Part shown: in pieces, positions 28,311 through 37,814 of the stretch
How the letters are laid out: each line of letters begins with the position of its first letter
Numbering within the stretch: position 1 is the first letter of the stretch
NCBI GenBank assembly: GCA_052390615.1
Contig: JBQTGT010000012.1
Location: forward strand, 11,690 to 75,689
Source: Actinomycetota bacterium
GTDB taxonomy: Bacteria > Actinomycetota > Acidimicrobiia > IMCC26256 > PALSA-610
Length of the DNA stretch: 64,000 nt
Direction: 5' to 3'
Made by a program: the position numbers and the translations under genes
The notes under the pieces: model-generated
What the model saw: the letters and a program-made list of their open reading frames with translations, nothing else
Databases searched by the model: none
What the model was told of the DNA's origin: nothing

Positions 28311-29174
28311 ATGGCTGTCCTGCTCGACGACGCCGAACTAGCCGGACACCTCACGCGCATCGACGACGAGGGGTACACGATCGTCGAGGGGGCGATCGAA
28401 CCCGCGCTCGTGACCGAGCTTCGGGACACGATCCGCCACCTCCAAGTCGAGCTCGACCTGCGACCGCGCGCGACCGCCGCCGAGGGCCATTCGACGCTGC
28501 GCATGTACAACCTCCTGGCCAAGGCGCCCGTGTTCGCGGCCATGCCGACGCATAGTTCGGTGCTCCCGATCGTCGAGAAGCTGCTCGACCGCGGCTGCCT
28601 CCTCTCCGGCATGACGGCGATCGACATCGGTCCTGGTGAGGACGCGCAGCCGATGCACGGCGACGACATCGTGATGTCGCGTCACCTCCAGCGGCCGCAT
28701 GCACCCATGATGGTCACCAGTATGTGGGCGTTGACCGACTTCACGGCCGCGAACGGCGGTACTCGGTTCGTTCCCGGCTCGCACCGGGACCCGCACTCGG
28801 CGGACGATCCAGCTGCCCGTCGCGACGTCGAGGTCCGCGCGCTCGAGATGCCGGCGGGTGCGGTGATGATCTTCCACGGCAGCTTGTGGCACGGCGGCGG
28901 TGCGAACACTACGACCGACACGCGCCGGCTCGGTGTCAATGTCCAGTACTGCCCGGGCTTCGTCCGCCAACAGCAGAACCCGTATCTCGGCATCCCGCCG
29001 GAGATCGCGGCGGAGTTCCCTGATCGCTTGCTCGAGCTGCTCGGCTACCGGTTGTACAAGGGGATCATGGGTCACGTCGACGGCAAGAGCCCGGGTGAGA
29101 TCGTGTTCGGCGATCGCTTCAAAGAGACCGCGTACAGCGACGCCGAGCAACGGAGCGCCAACCGTCAACCGTGA
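28311..29174 (+). CDS. Phytanoyl-CoA dioxygenase (PhyH) family protein
   Basis: AGGAG lies 5 nt upstream of ATG 28311 (track ORF 27711-29174 is over-extended). The product contains EGYTIVEGAI...PMHGDD...GGTRFVPGSHR...HGGGAN. Confidence 0.85.
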   Translation: MAVLLDDAELAGHLTRIDDEGYTIVEGAIEPALVTELRDTIRHLQVELDLRPRATAAEGHSTLRMYNLLAKAPVFAAMPTHSSVLPIVEKLLDRGCLLSGMTAIDIGPGEDAQPMHGDDIVMSRHLQRPHAPMMVTSMWALTDFTAANGGTRFVPGSHRDPHSADDPAARRDVEVRALEMPAGAVMIFHGSLWHGGGANTTTDTRRLGVNVQYCPGFVRQQQNPYLGIPPEIAAEFPDRLLELLGYRLYKGIMGHVDGKSPGEIVFGDRFKETAYSDAEQRSANRQP

Positions 29175-30130
29175 GTGCCGCACTGACGCCCCGAGTCGAG
29201 GGGGTCGTGACGCTCGCGGACGGGCGTGATCTCGGCTACGCCGAATACGGCGCGCCCGACGGGCGCGCCGTATTCTGGTTCCACGGCACGCCCGGCGCCC
29301 GCCGTCAGGTGCCCCCGGGTGCGCGCCTCGGCGCGACGGAGCGCGATCTTCGGATCATTGCGGTCGAGCGACCGGGTATTGGCGCGTCAACGCCGCATCT
29401 CTATGACGACGTGCGCGGCTTCGCGCGCGACATCGCGGTCGTTGCCGACCGTCTCGAGGTCGACGAGTTCGCCTGCATCGGGCTGTCGGGCGGCGGGCCG
29501 TACGTCCTGGCGTGTGCGCACGCGCATCCCAAGCGGATGCGGGTGGGTGTGGTGCTGGGCGGTGTCGCGCCGACGACCGGCCCGGAAGCGGCGCCCGGTG
29601 GCGTTGTCGGAATGCTGAGGCGCTTCGCGCCGGTGCTCGGGATCGCGCGCGCGCCCCTCGGGCGGGCGGCAGGACTGCTCGTGCGGGCGTTGGTGCCGCT
29701 GCGGTCGCCGCTGTTCGAGCTGTACCGGCGGACGTCGCCGCCCGGCGACCGCGAGCTGTTCGCGAAGCCGGAGATGAAGGCGATGTTCGTCGACGACCTT
29801 GTGCGCGGCAGCCGCACGCAGCTGCATGCACCGTTCCTCGACCTCGTGCTGTTCACACGCGACTGGGGATTCTCGGTGCGAGAGATCCGGGTGCCGATCC
29901 GCTTCTACCACGGCACCGGCGATCACATCGTCCCGTTTCACCACGCGCGACACCTCGCGGCGCTCGTTCCTGATTCGGTGTTGCGGGTGCGATCAGGCGA
30001 GAGTCACATGGGCACGCTCGACGCGGCCGACGAGATTCTCGACACTGTCCTCGGCCTCTGGGAGCTCCCGACGCGAAAAGGACCGCGGCGCCGAGTGCGA
30101 ACCACCGACTTCGGGGCGACCGGTATCTGA
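29171..30130 (+). CDS. Alpha/beta hydrolase
   Basis: 319-aa ORF with FWFHGTPG (HG oxyanion motif), nucleophile elbow IGLSGGG and C-terminal GESHMG. GTGA overlap. Confidence 0.9.
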   Translation: MSAALTPRVEGVVTLADGRDLGYAEYGAPDGRAVFWFHGTPGARRQVPPGARLGATERDLRIIAVERPGIGASTPHLYDDVRGFARDIAVVADRLEVDEFACIGLSGGGPYVLACAHAHPKRMRVGVVLGGVAPTTGPEAAPGGVVGMLRRFAPVLGIARAPLGRAAGLLVRALVPLRSPLFELYRRTSPPGDRELFAKPEMKAMFVDDLVRGSRTQLHAPFLDLVLFTRDWGFSVREIRVPIRFYHGTGDHIVPFHHARHLAALVPDSVLRVRSGESHMGTLDAADEILDTVLGLWELPTRKGPRRRVRTTDFGATGI

Positions 30131-30158
30131 CCCACCCAATACCGACAAGAATGCGGCC

Positions 30159-30635
30159 GTGGAACACGCGATGGTCGTCGAGATCCCGCAAGGCTCGCGC
30201 AACAAGTACGAGATGGACCACGAGTCGGAAGCCATCTGGCTCGACCGGACGCTGTTCACGGCGATGGCGTACCCCGCCGACTACGGCTTCTTCCCGGACA
30301 CGCTCGGCGAGGATGGCGACCCGCTCGACGCGCTCGTGCTGCTCCCGCAGCCGACGTTTCCCGGGTGCCACGTGATGGTGCGCGCGGTTGCAGTGTTCTG
30401 GATGGCCGACGAGAAGGGCCCCGATGCGAAGGTCCTGTGCGTTCCTGCGCACGACCCGCGTTGGGAGCACGTACGCGACATCGCCGACGTTCCCGCGCAC
30501 CTGCTCGCCGAGATCGAGCACTTCTTCGACTTCTACAAGACGATCGAGCCCGGCAAGGCGACGAGCACGCGCGGCTGGGAAGGCGCGGAGGTCGCCGAGC
30601 GCGAGATCCAAGCCGCGCTCGCGCGCCACGCCTGA
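30159..30635 (+). CDS. ppa: Inorganic pyrophosphatase
   Basis: GTG 30159 gives M-EHAMVVEIPQGSRNKYEMDH..., aligning with the canonical Ppa N-terminus. DGDPLDALVL and YKT motifs are present. Track ORF 29799-30635 is over-extended. Confidence 0.93.
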   Translation: MEHAMVVEIPQGSRNKYEMDHESEAIWLDRTLFTAMAYPADYGFFPDTLGEDGDPLDALVLLPQPTFPGCHVMVRAVAVFWMADEKGPDAKVLCVPAHDPRWEHVRDIADVPAHLLAEIEHFFDFYKTIEPGKATSTRGWEGAEVAEREIQAALARHA

Positions 30636-30712
30636 CGCAGTCGGATCTAGGCGCGGGTGAGCAGACGGCGCGCGGTGCCGCCGAGGTGCCGTCGGGAGGA
30701 CCCGCCACGAAG

Positions 30713-30728
30713 CTGACGCTACTGTCAG
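30713..30728 (-). promoter_or_regulatory. Dyad CTGAC-AGTAGC-GTCAG (copy 2 of 3; read on the minus strand)
   Basis: The plus strand reads CTGACGCTACTGTCAG. It lies 40 nt upstream of ATG 30769 of the ParD-like RHH protein. Confidence 0.45.
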
Positions 30729-30768
30729 GCTCATTGCGACCGCTACCACCCGGTTGCGGGGAGGGACC

Positions 30769-31260
30769 ATGGAAATCGCGGTGCCGGCCAAGCTCGAACA
30801 GTTCGTGCACGCGCAGGTGCGCGCCGGCAAGTACGTCGACGCGAACGATGTCGTCCGAGACGCGTTGCGGCGATTGCAAGAAACCGAGGCACCGGACACG
30901 CCCGCTGGCCTTGTGCGCGAGGCCATCAACATCGCGACACAAGCGCAGCGCGACGTCCTTGGTTTGCTGCAACGCGCGGACCGCGAGACCGACTTCCTGC
31001 ACCAATTGCTCGGTGCTGCGAGCCATGCCGTCGACTCGTCGCTCGACGTCGCGCGCAAGATCCCCGTCGCGCGCGAAGTTGAGAAGGTCGTGCGCGGCTC
31101 GCTCGAGGGCGTCACGACCGCGGCGGAGCGCGGGGAGCAAGAAGCGCGCGCGCTGCGCCAGGGCCTAGAAGGAACCGCCAAAATGTTGGGCGCGCTCGCG
31201 AGCGTGCTCGAGCGTGTGAACCAGACCACGGCTGCGATCGGCCGGGTCGGCACCGGCTAG
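30769..31260 (+). CDS. ParD-like ribbon-helix-helix protein with a ~115-aa helical C-terminal extension
   Basis: GGGGAGGGA precedes ATG 30769. MEIAVPAKLEQFVHAQVRAGKYVDANDVVRDALRRLQE matches the ParD/CC2985 antitoxin pattern (...V.sG.Y.sasEVvReaLR.L). The remainder is predicted helical with no recognised family. Confidence 0.7.
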   Translation: MEIAVPAKLEQFVHAQVRAGKYVDANDVVRDALRRLQETEAPDTPAGLVREAINIATQAQRDVLGLLQRADRETDFLHQLLGAASHAVDSSLDVARKIPVAREVEKVVRGSLEGVTTAAERGEQEARALRQGLEGTAKMLGALASVLERVNQTTAAIGRVGTG

Positions 31261-31323
31261 TCCTTCGAACTTCCACGATTTGCGGTCTGGGCCATTGGAC
31301 CCAGGCGCGCGCGCGTCGCTACC

Positions 31324-33003
31324 GTGCGTACCGACGGCCATTGCGCCGGCCGGTGGGGAAGGATCACTTTGTTGGCACGGACGCTCGCGCTCGCTTCGGC
31401 GACCCTCGTGTTCGGCCTCGCCGCCGCCGCGCCCGTGGCGGCCGAGGAGGCCGTTGTCGGCGAAGTCCTCGCTGCGGACACCTTCAGTGGCGGTGACCCC
31501 GTCGTTTCCGACCCGGTGCCGACGGCGCCCGAACCTGCCGGCGGGACCGAGTTCGGCGGCGGTGAGCAGGTCGTTGGCGACCCGGCACCGACCGCGCCCG
31601 CCGCAGCCGCGGACTCGGTCGTGATCCAAATCATCGGCGGCGATCCGGTTGATCCGGCGACCGCACCGTGGACAGCGGCGATCCTTGCCGCCGAGACCGA
31701 GGACGCGTGGGCGGCCCAGTTCTGTGGCGGCACGGTCATCGACGACGAGTGGGTGCTCACGGCCGCGCACTGCGTCAGCGGGGAGTCACCGGCCACGATC
31801 GAAGTGGCCTGGGGAGAGGTGTCGCTCGACGCGATCGGGCCGGAGGATCGCCACGCGATCTCGCAGGTCGTGGTGCACCCGGCCTTCAACGCGTTCAAGG
31901 TGACGTCGGATGTCGCGCTGTTGCGGTTGGCAACTCCTGATCCCACCGCACCGATCCTGCCGATCAACACCGATTCGCTCGTTCCCGCTCCCGGCGAGTC
32001 GATGGACACATTCGGGTGGGGCGCCACCGGCTCCGGATACCCGGATCTCTTGCAGGGTGTCACCGTGGAGGAACTCGCGGGCGCGGCCACAGAGTGCGGC
32101 CTGTACGGCGCCGAGTACATCGCGCAGCATCACGTGTGCGCGGGCGCGCTCGAGGGTGGACGTGACGCCTGCCAGGGCGACAGTGGCGGCCCGCTCGTCG
32201 CCACGACGCCCGCGGGGCCGGTGCTCGCCGGCGTGACAAGTTGGGGCGAGGGCTGCGCCCAGGCCGACTATCCCGGCATCTGGTCGCGCGTGTCGTCGTA
32301 CACGGCGTTCTTCGCGGGGTACGTGAACGCGCCGCCGCTCGCAGTCTCGATCGGCGACGCGACCGTCGTGGAAGGCGACAAGGCGAAACGGTCCTTGCGC
32401 TTTCCCGTGACCCTGTCGCGGTCCGCCTTCGAGCAGGTCGCCGTTCGGTTCGCGACCGTGGAAGGCGGCGCGACGACGAGCAGGGACTACACCCGTCGGC
32501 GCAACGGTCAGGTCGTGTTCCGTCCAGGTGCGACGTACGCGTTTATCGATGTCGACGTACGCGCCGACCGTGTCGTGGAGGGCGACGAGCAGTTCACGGT
32601 CGTCCTGCGCGAACCCACCAACGCGACGCTCGACCGAGCCACCGGCACGGGCACGATCGTCGACGACGATCCCGGCGCGCTGCCGACCCGGGTGTCGATC
32701 GGCACGACGCTCGTCCCCGCATCAGACGGTGCCGCGACAGTCGTGGCTCCGTTCGCGATCAGCGCCTCGCAGAACTCGAAGCAGGCGCCCGACGTCGGAT
32801 ACGAGGTGCGCGCCGGCGACGGCAGCGTCGTGGTGGCCGGCGTCGCCCGTCTCGATCACCGGCGGGCGTCGACGATCGTCGAGGTCACGCTGCCCAATCC
32901 CGGGGGCGGTGCAACCACACGTTATGACGTCGTGCTGACGAGTGTGCCGGCGGGGTTCGCCGCCGCCCACACCGGGTTCGTCGACGTCGCCAGTTCGCCC
33001 TAG
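31324..33003 (+). CDS. Secreted trypsin-like (S1) serine protease with C-terminal Calx-beta domains
   Basis: IIGG...WVLTAAHC (His), DVALLRL (Asp) and DACQGDSGGPLV (Ser). These are followed by ...SIGDATVVEGDK...DYTRR...FTVVL...GTIVDDD Calx-beta-type repeats. N-terminal signal-like LLARTLALASATLVFGLAAAAPVAA. Confidence 0.9.
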   Translation: MRTDGHCAGRWGRITLLARTLALASATLVFGLAAAAPVAAEEAVVGEVLAADTFSGGDPVVSDPVPTAPEPAGGTEFGGGEQVVGDPAPTAPAAAADSVVIQIIGGDPVDPATAPWTAAILAAETEDAWAAQFCGGTVIDDEWVLTAAHCVSGESPATIEVAWGEVSLDAIGPEDRHAISQVVVHPAFNAFKVTSDVALLRLATPDPTAPILPINTDSLVPAPGESMDTFGWGATGSGYPDLLQGVTVEELAGAATECGLYGAEYIAQHHVCAGALEGGRDACQGDSGGPLVATTPAGPVLAGVTSWGEGCAQADYPGIWSRVSSYTAFFAGYVNAPPLAVSIGDATVVEGDKAKRSLRFPVTLSRSAFEQVAVRFATVEGGATTSRDYTRRRNGQVVFRPGATYAFIDVDVRADRVVEGDEQFTVVLREPTNATLDRATGTGTIVDDDPGALPTRVSIGTTLVPASDGAATVVAPFAISASQNSKQAPDVGYEVRAGDGSVVVAGVARLDHRRASTIVEVTLPNPGGGATTRYDVVLTSVPAGFAAAHTGFVDVASSP

Positions 33004-33029
33004 GAATCGACGCAGTAGCGTCGGCACCC

Positions 33030-34136
33030 ATGCGCGCCGCCCTGCTCGAATCGTCCGCGACACCGCTCACCGTCGTGGACGACATTGTTGTCGCCGATCC
33101 TCGTCCGGGTGAAGTGCTCGTGCGGGTGACGCACTGCGGCGTGTGCCACTCCGACCTTTCAGTGGTCAACGGCACCTTCCCGCTGACTGGGCCCACCGTG
33201 CTCGGTCACGAGGCCGCCGGCGTCGTCGAAGCCGTCGGCGACGGCGTCGCCGGTCTGGCGTCCGGCAACAAGGTCGTGCTCACACCCATCGCCGCCTGCG
33301 ACGAGTGCTACTGGTGCTTGCGCGGCGAATACGGCTGCTGTGTGCGCGGCTCGGAGCTGATGACGGGAACGTTCATCGACGGGCATACGCCGCTGTCGCG
33401 ATCGGATGCGCCGGTCCTGCGGGGCCTCGGCGTCGGCGGCTTTGCCGAGTATGCTGTCACGAGCGCGTCGGCGGCGGTGCGGGTGCCCGACGACACTCCG
33501 CTCGAGATCGCGTGCGTACTCGGATGCGCGGTGCAGACCGGCGTCGGCGCCGTGCTCAATACCGCTCGCGTCGAGAGCGGCGCGTCGGTCCTCGTGGCTG
33601 GGGCTGGCGGAATTGGAATCGCGATCGTCCAGGGCGCGCGCGTTGCCGGCGCGACGACGGTCATCGTGTCGGATCCCGTCGCCGAACGCCGCGAGAACGC
33701 CCGCCGCTTCGGCGCCACCCACGTCCTCGACCCGAATGAAACCGACGTTCCTGCCGCCGCCCACGACCTCACTGGTGGTGTCGGTGTCGACTACGCGTTC
33801 GAAGCGGTCGGGCTCGGTGCACTGGTGGAGGCCTGTCTTTGGGCGACGCGCAACGGTGGAACCACCATCATGGTCGGGGCCGGTGGTCTCGACCAGCAGG
33901 TGACGCTGGCCCCCGCCGTCGTGTTCATGGCGACGGAGCGCAAGGTCGTCGGCTCGTACCTGGGGTCTTGCAACGGGCGCCGCGACATTCCTCGACTCAT
34001 CTCGCTCTGGCGCGCGGGGCGGCTCGACCTCGAGGGCATGATCACCGCCCGCCGACCTCTGTCCGAGATCAACGACGCATTCGCGGACATGACCGCCACG
34101 CGCGGGATCCGGACCGTCCTCGAACCCGGGAAGTAG
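33030..34136 (+). CDS. Zinc-dependent alcohol dehydrogenase family protein
   Basis: GEVLVRVTHCGVCHSDL, GHEAAGVVEAVG and Rossmann motif VAGAGGIG. Confidence 0.9.
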   Translation: MRAALLESSATPLTVVDDIVVADPRPGEVLVRVTHCGVCHSDLSVVNGTFPLTGPTVLGHEAAGVVEAVGDGVAGLASGNKVVLTPIAACDECYWCLRGEYGCCVRGSELMTGTFIDGHTPLSRSDAPVLRGLGVGGFAEYAVTSASAAVRVPDDTPLEIACVLGCAVQTGVGAVLNTARVESGASVLVAGAGGIGIAIVQGARVAGATTVIVSDPVAERRENARRFGATHVLDPNETDVPAAAHDLTGGVGVDYAFEAVGLGALVEACLWATRNGGTTIMVGAGGLDQQVTLAPAVVFMATERKVVGSYLGSCNGRRDIPRLISLWRAGRLDLEGMITARRPLSEINDAFADMTATRGIRTVLEPGK

Positions 34137-34145
34137 CGCGGCGCG

Positions 34146-34895
34146 TCAAGCGAAGGCAGGCTGCAGCTCGTCGCGCTGGACCCACGCCGGTCGGTACAGC
34201 CACCAGACCGCGCCGCCGACCAACGCGGCCGCCACGAGCCCATCGAGCCAGTAGTGATTGGCGGTCAGCACCACCGCGAGGGACGTGAGCGCGGGGTGGG
34301 CGAGGATCAGCCATCTCGCGCGCGTGCGCGAGATCCTGATGACTCCATAGGCGACGATCAACGCCCAGCCGACGTGCAGCGATGGCATGGCCGCGAATTG
34401 GTTCGCGAACGAGCGCACAGCCTCCGACCGATAGGGGTTGGGTCCGTACAACACCATCGTGTCGATGAAACCCGGCATCATTCGCGGTGGCGCGAGCGGG
34501 AACACGAGGTGGATGACGAGCGAGCTCGCGGTGACCGCGAGGAGCACACGCCGCACTTGCCGGTAGTCCCGCAGCGAGCGGACGAACGCCCACACCAGGA
34601 AGGCGACCGTCCCGACGAAATGTAACGACACGTAGTAGCGGTTCATCGCGACGACGAGATCCTTGTGCGGGAGGACAAGTCGCTGAAACGTCGATTCGGA
34701 ATCGAGCTCGAACCAGTGTTCCCACTGAATTACGCGGTACGCGTTCGAGAAGGCGGCATGGACCTGATCGCGTCCGAGGTAACGGACGAACTTGTAGACC
34801 CACACCATGAACGTGAGCAGCAGGAATTCGCGCACGAGTACGCCGCCGTACTGTGCACGCCAGAACCGAGCCACGTTGTCGCGTAGCTGTTCCAC
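34146..34895 (-). CDS. PAP2-superfamily membrane protein (PAP2_C / AUR1-like)
   Basis: 249-aa polytopic ORF with FAAMPSLHVGWA and LTANHYWLDG motifs. Confidence 0.8.
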   Translation of the reverse strand: MEQLRDNVARFWRAQYGGVLVREFLLLTFMVWVYKFVRYLGRDQVHAAFSNAYRVIQWEHWFELDSESTFQRLVLPHKDLVVAMNRYYVSLHFVGTVAFLVWAFVRSLRDYRQVRRVLLAVTASSLVIHLVFPLAPPRMMPGFIDTMVLYGPNPYRSEAVRSFANQFAAMPSLHVGWALIVAYGVIRISRTRARWLILAHPALTSLAVVLTANHYWLDGLVAAALVGGAVWWLYRPAWVQRDELQPAFA

Positions 34896-35115
34896 GCCTC
34901 GCGTCCTACCCCGAATCGAAACCGCAGCATTATGCGTCCGCGCCGGCCGTTCAAACGGAATGCGCGGCCGCGTGGCGACCGGCTGCGCTCACAGCCACAC
35001 CGTGCGCAGCGGCCCGCGTGGAAGCGGCGAGCGTCGCGGGACACACCTACCCCGGCCGCCCGCGGGCGCGACCCGGAATTAAGGCAATCGGCGGCCGGCG
35101 CCGACAATCACAACG

Positions 35116-37110
35116 ATGGCCGCCGCACCGTCTCCGCCGCCCGACTCTGGGGTTCATACCGGCGCCGCCAAGCGGGTGCTGCTCGACGACCTCGTGGTGG
35201 ACCGAACGGCCGAGGCCGTGCCGCCCGCGCCGATCCTCCACGTCGAGCCGGTGCCCGTCGAAGCGTTGGTGAGCAAGGGGCGGCGGCGAGTCCAAGAACT
35301 CGAGGATGCCGCCCGGCGCAACCTGCGCGCGGCCGAGGAGGCCCGGCGCGCGCTCGCGGGAGAGCACGACCGGCTCGAGGCCGAAGCCGCCATTCGGCGG
35401 AAGGTCGAAAAGGAAGCGGCCCGCTTGCGGCGCGAGCTCGAGCGCATGCGGGAGAACGAGGCGCTTCGGGTCGCGCAGGCGCGATACGCCGCCGAGCGCG
35501 CCGCGCAAGCGGAAGTGTGCTCGGAAGTCGAAAAACGCGAGGACGAGTTCGCGCGGACACTGCAGGAGATCGAGCGGCTCCGCGGCGCGGTCGACGACGA
35601 CCGCGCGATGATGTCCGATTTCTCCGATCGGCTCCGCGAGGAGCAGCACGCCAAGGCCAAAGCTCGCGCCGAAGCCGATCGTGCCCGCGACGCCTGCCAG
35701 CAGGCCGAGCGCAGCCTCGAGCTCGCGACGGAAGCGGCCCGGCGTCGAGCCGAGGACGAGCTCGAGCGCCTCGCTGCGGCGGAGCAGTCTGTGCGCGATG
35801 CGCTGGCCGACCGCGACCGCATGGCCACCGAAATTGCCGCGATGACCGACGAGAACCGCCTGCGGGAACTCGTGGAGTCGGTCGAGCGGCTCGAACGGAC
35901 CGTGCGCGAGCGAGACGCGCAGCTCCTGGCCGAGCGGGAACGCACCGACGCCGCCGCGCACGCGGCCGCGGATCTCGAGCGCCGACTGGCACGCGTGGCG
36001 ACCGAGGTCGACGAGGGTCACCAGGCGATCGCGCGCGTGACGGAACTCGACGCTGCAGTTCGCGACGCCACCGAAGAGATCGAACGATCGCGTGCCGAGC
36101 TCGCGGCTGTGGCCACGGAACGGGAGGCGCTCGCGGGCCGCGTTGCGCCGCTCGAAAACCAGGTGAAGCGCGTCCGCAAGGAGGCGACGAGCGCCCACAA
36201 CCGCGTGGAAAAGCTCACGCGCGAGCTGCAAACAGCGACCGAGGACCGCGACGCGGCGCACGTGCGCGCGACTCGACTCGAAGGTGAACTCGAGCAAGCG
36301 GCGACCGATCTCGACGCGGCGATCGCCGCGCGCGACGCGAACGGGCTTCAGGTGTCCGAGCTCGCGGAGCGCTTGGGCGCCGCCGAGGTGCAGCGCGATG
36401 CCAATCAGGCGCGGGCGACCGAGCTGCAGGAGAAGGTCGCCGAGCAGGCTGCCGTGCGCGAGGTGTTGGCCGCCCAGGCCAGCGAGCTCGAGTCGCACCT
36501 GGCGGACGCGATGTCGGCCGGGGCGGGGGCAACGAGCCGGGTCGAGGAGCTCGAGGCGACCGTGGCCGCCTTCGAACACGCGGACGGGACCGATCACACG
36601 ACGCGGCGAGTCGCCGAGCTCGAGCGCGCCCTGTCCGACGAGCAGACGCGAATGCGTGAAGCCGAGACGGAGCTGCGGCGGCTCCGCAAGACGGCCTCCG
36701 CGGACGCGCACGCCGTCGTGACAGGGCGCGCCGAAGTCGAGCAACTGCGGGTGCAGGTCGCGTCGATGGACGAGGAGTCCGTCGCAGCACAGGCCGCAGC
36801 CACCGACGAAGTGCAGCGGTTGCGCGCGCAGTTGGTCGCGCTCGATGAGCGCCTGGCGGCCGCGCAAGCCGAAGTGTTCGAGCTGCGCGTCCACGCGCAG
36901 CCACCCGAGGTCGACGCGTCGTCCGCGCCGACGGTGTCAACCGACACGGTCTCCGAGGAGCCCGGAGCTGAGGTGGCCACGCCCGAGCCGGTGTCCGAGT
37001 ACGCGCCCGAACCGGCGCGCGTCGACGAGTCGACGCGACGCTCGGCCATGGCTGAACTGACCGCGCTCGCGTACGTCGACGGTGAGGATCTCGTTCCGCG
37101 TCGGCGCTAA
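35116..37110 (+). CDS. 664-aa coiled-coil protein of unknown function
   Basis: About 500 residues of uninterrupted E/A/R/L-rich heptad-like sequence sit between a Pro-rich N-terminus and an acidic/Pro-rich C-terminal tail. It has the best GC3 and the most protein-like composition of the overlapping ORFs in this region. Confidence 0.75.
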   Translation: MAAAPSPPPDSGVHTGAAKRVLLDDLVVDRTAEAVPPAPILHVEPVPVEALVSKGRRRVQELEDAARRNLRAAEEARRALAGEHDRLEAEAAIRRKVEKEAARLRRELERMRENEALRVAQARYAAERAAQAEVCSEVEKREDEFARTLQEIERLRGAVDDDRAMMSDFSDRLREEQHAKAKARAEADRARDACQQAERSLELATEAARRRAEDELERLAAAEQSVRDALADRDRMATEIAAMTDENRLRELVESVERLERTVRERDAQLLAERERTDAAAHAAADLERRLARVATEVDEGHQAIARVTELDAAVRDATEEIERSRAELAAVATEREALAGRVAPLENQVKRVRKEATSAHNRVEKLTRELQTATEDRDAAHVRATRLEGELEQAATDLDAAIAARDANGLQVSELAERLGAAEVQRDANQARATELQEKVAEQAAVREVLAAQASELESHLADAMSAGAGATSRVEELEATVAAFEHADGTDHTTRRVAELERALSDEQTRMREAETELRRLRKTASADAHAVVTGRAEVEQLRVQVASMDEESVAAQAAATDEVQRLRAQLVALDERLAAAQAEVFELRVHAQPPEVDASSAPTVSTDTVSEEPGAEVATPEPVSEYAPEPARVDESTRRSAMAELTALAYVDGEDLVPRRR

Positions 37111-37423
37111 CCGCGGCACCGTCGGTGCGCCGGGGGTCGAGTGTGGAACCATGTGAGCAGTGTCCGAAGCGCCGCCCGCCGCCGTCCCCACGCCCGGCCT
37201 GCGTTTCGGTACGCCGGCCGCGCGAATGGTCATCGCGGCGACGGTGCTGGGGTCGGGCATCGCGTTCGTGCGGTCGACGGAGCGATGTCTTGGTCGGCCG
37301 TCCTGGCCGCCGCCGGTGCGATCGTCGCCTTCCTGACCGTACGGGAGAGCGCGAGACCGCCCCGAGTGTGGTTGCCGACGCTGCGCACCCGTGCCAGCCC
37401 GCGGTGTGCGCGAAGATCGCGTC

Positions 37424-37777
37424 ATGAGTATCCCGGTAGACCTCACCGCGCTCACCGACGCGATCGACAGTCAAGCGGCGTTTGCGTACCTTTTCACCGT
37501 GTCTGACGATTCGACCCCACACCTCATCGCAGTGACTCCCAGGCTGACCCACGACACGCTCGACTGTGCGGTCGGAAGGACATCGCTGCACAACGCCAGC
37601 GCGCGGTCGCGGATCTCGCTGGTGTGGCCGCCGCTCGAGCCCGGGGGCTACAGCCTGATCGTCGATGGCGACGCGACGACCGGTGACGGCACGGTCGCGC
37701 TCCGGCCGACGCGCGCCGTACTGCACCGACCGGCGCCGGGTGGCGGCAACGATTGCGCACCCATAACCCCCGAGTAG
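37424..37777 (+). CDS. Small pyridoxamine 5'-phosphate oxidase-like (PPOX/FMN-binding split-barrel) family protein
   Basis: ATG 37424 is within track ORF 37391-37777. ...AFAYLFTVSDDSTPHLIAVTP...SLVWPP...GYSLIVDGDA... resembles PPOX-class proteins. The assignment is tentative. Confidence 0.55.
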   Translation: MSIPVDLTALTDAIDSQAAFAYLFTVSDDSTPHLIAVTPRLTHDTLDCAVGRTSLHNASARSRISLVWPPLEPGGYSLIVDGDATTGDGTVALRPTRAVLHRPAPGGGNDCAPITPE

Positions 37778-37814
37778 TACCCCCGAGTAGATCGAGTCGT
37801 GGCAACCGCCGTGA

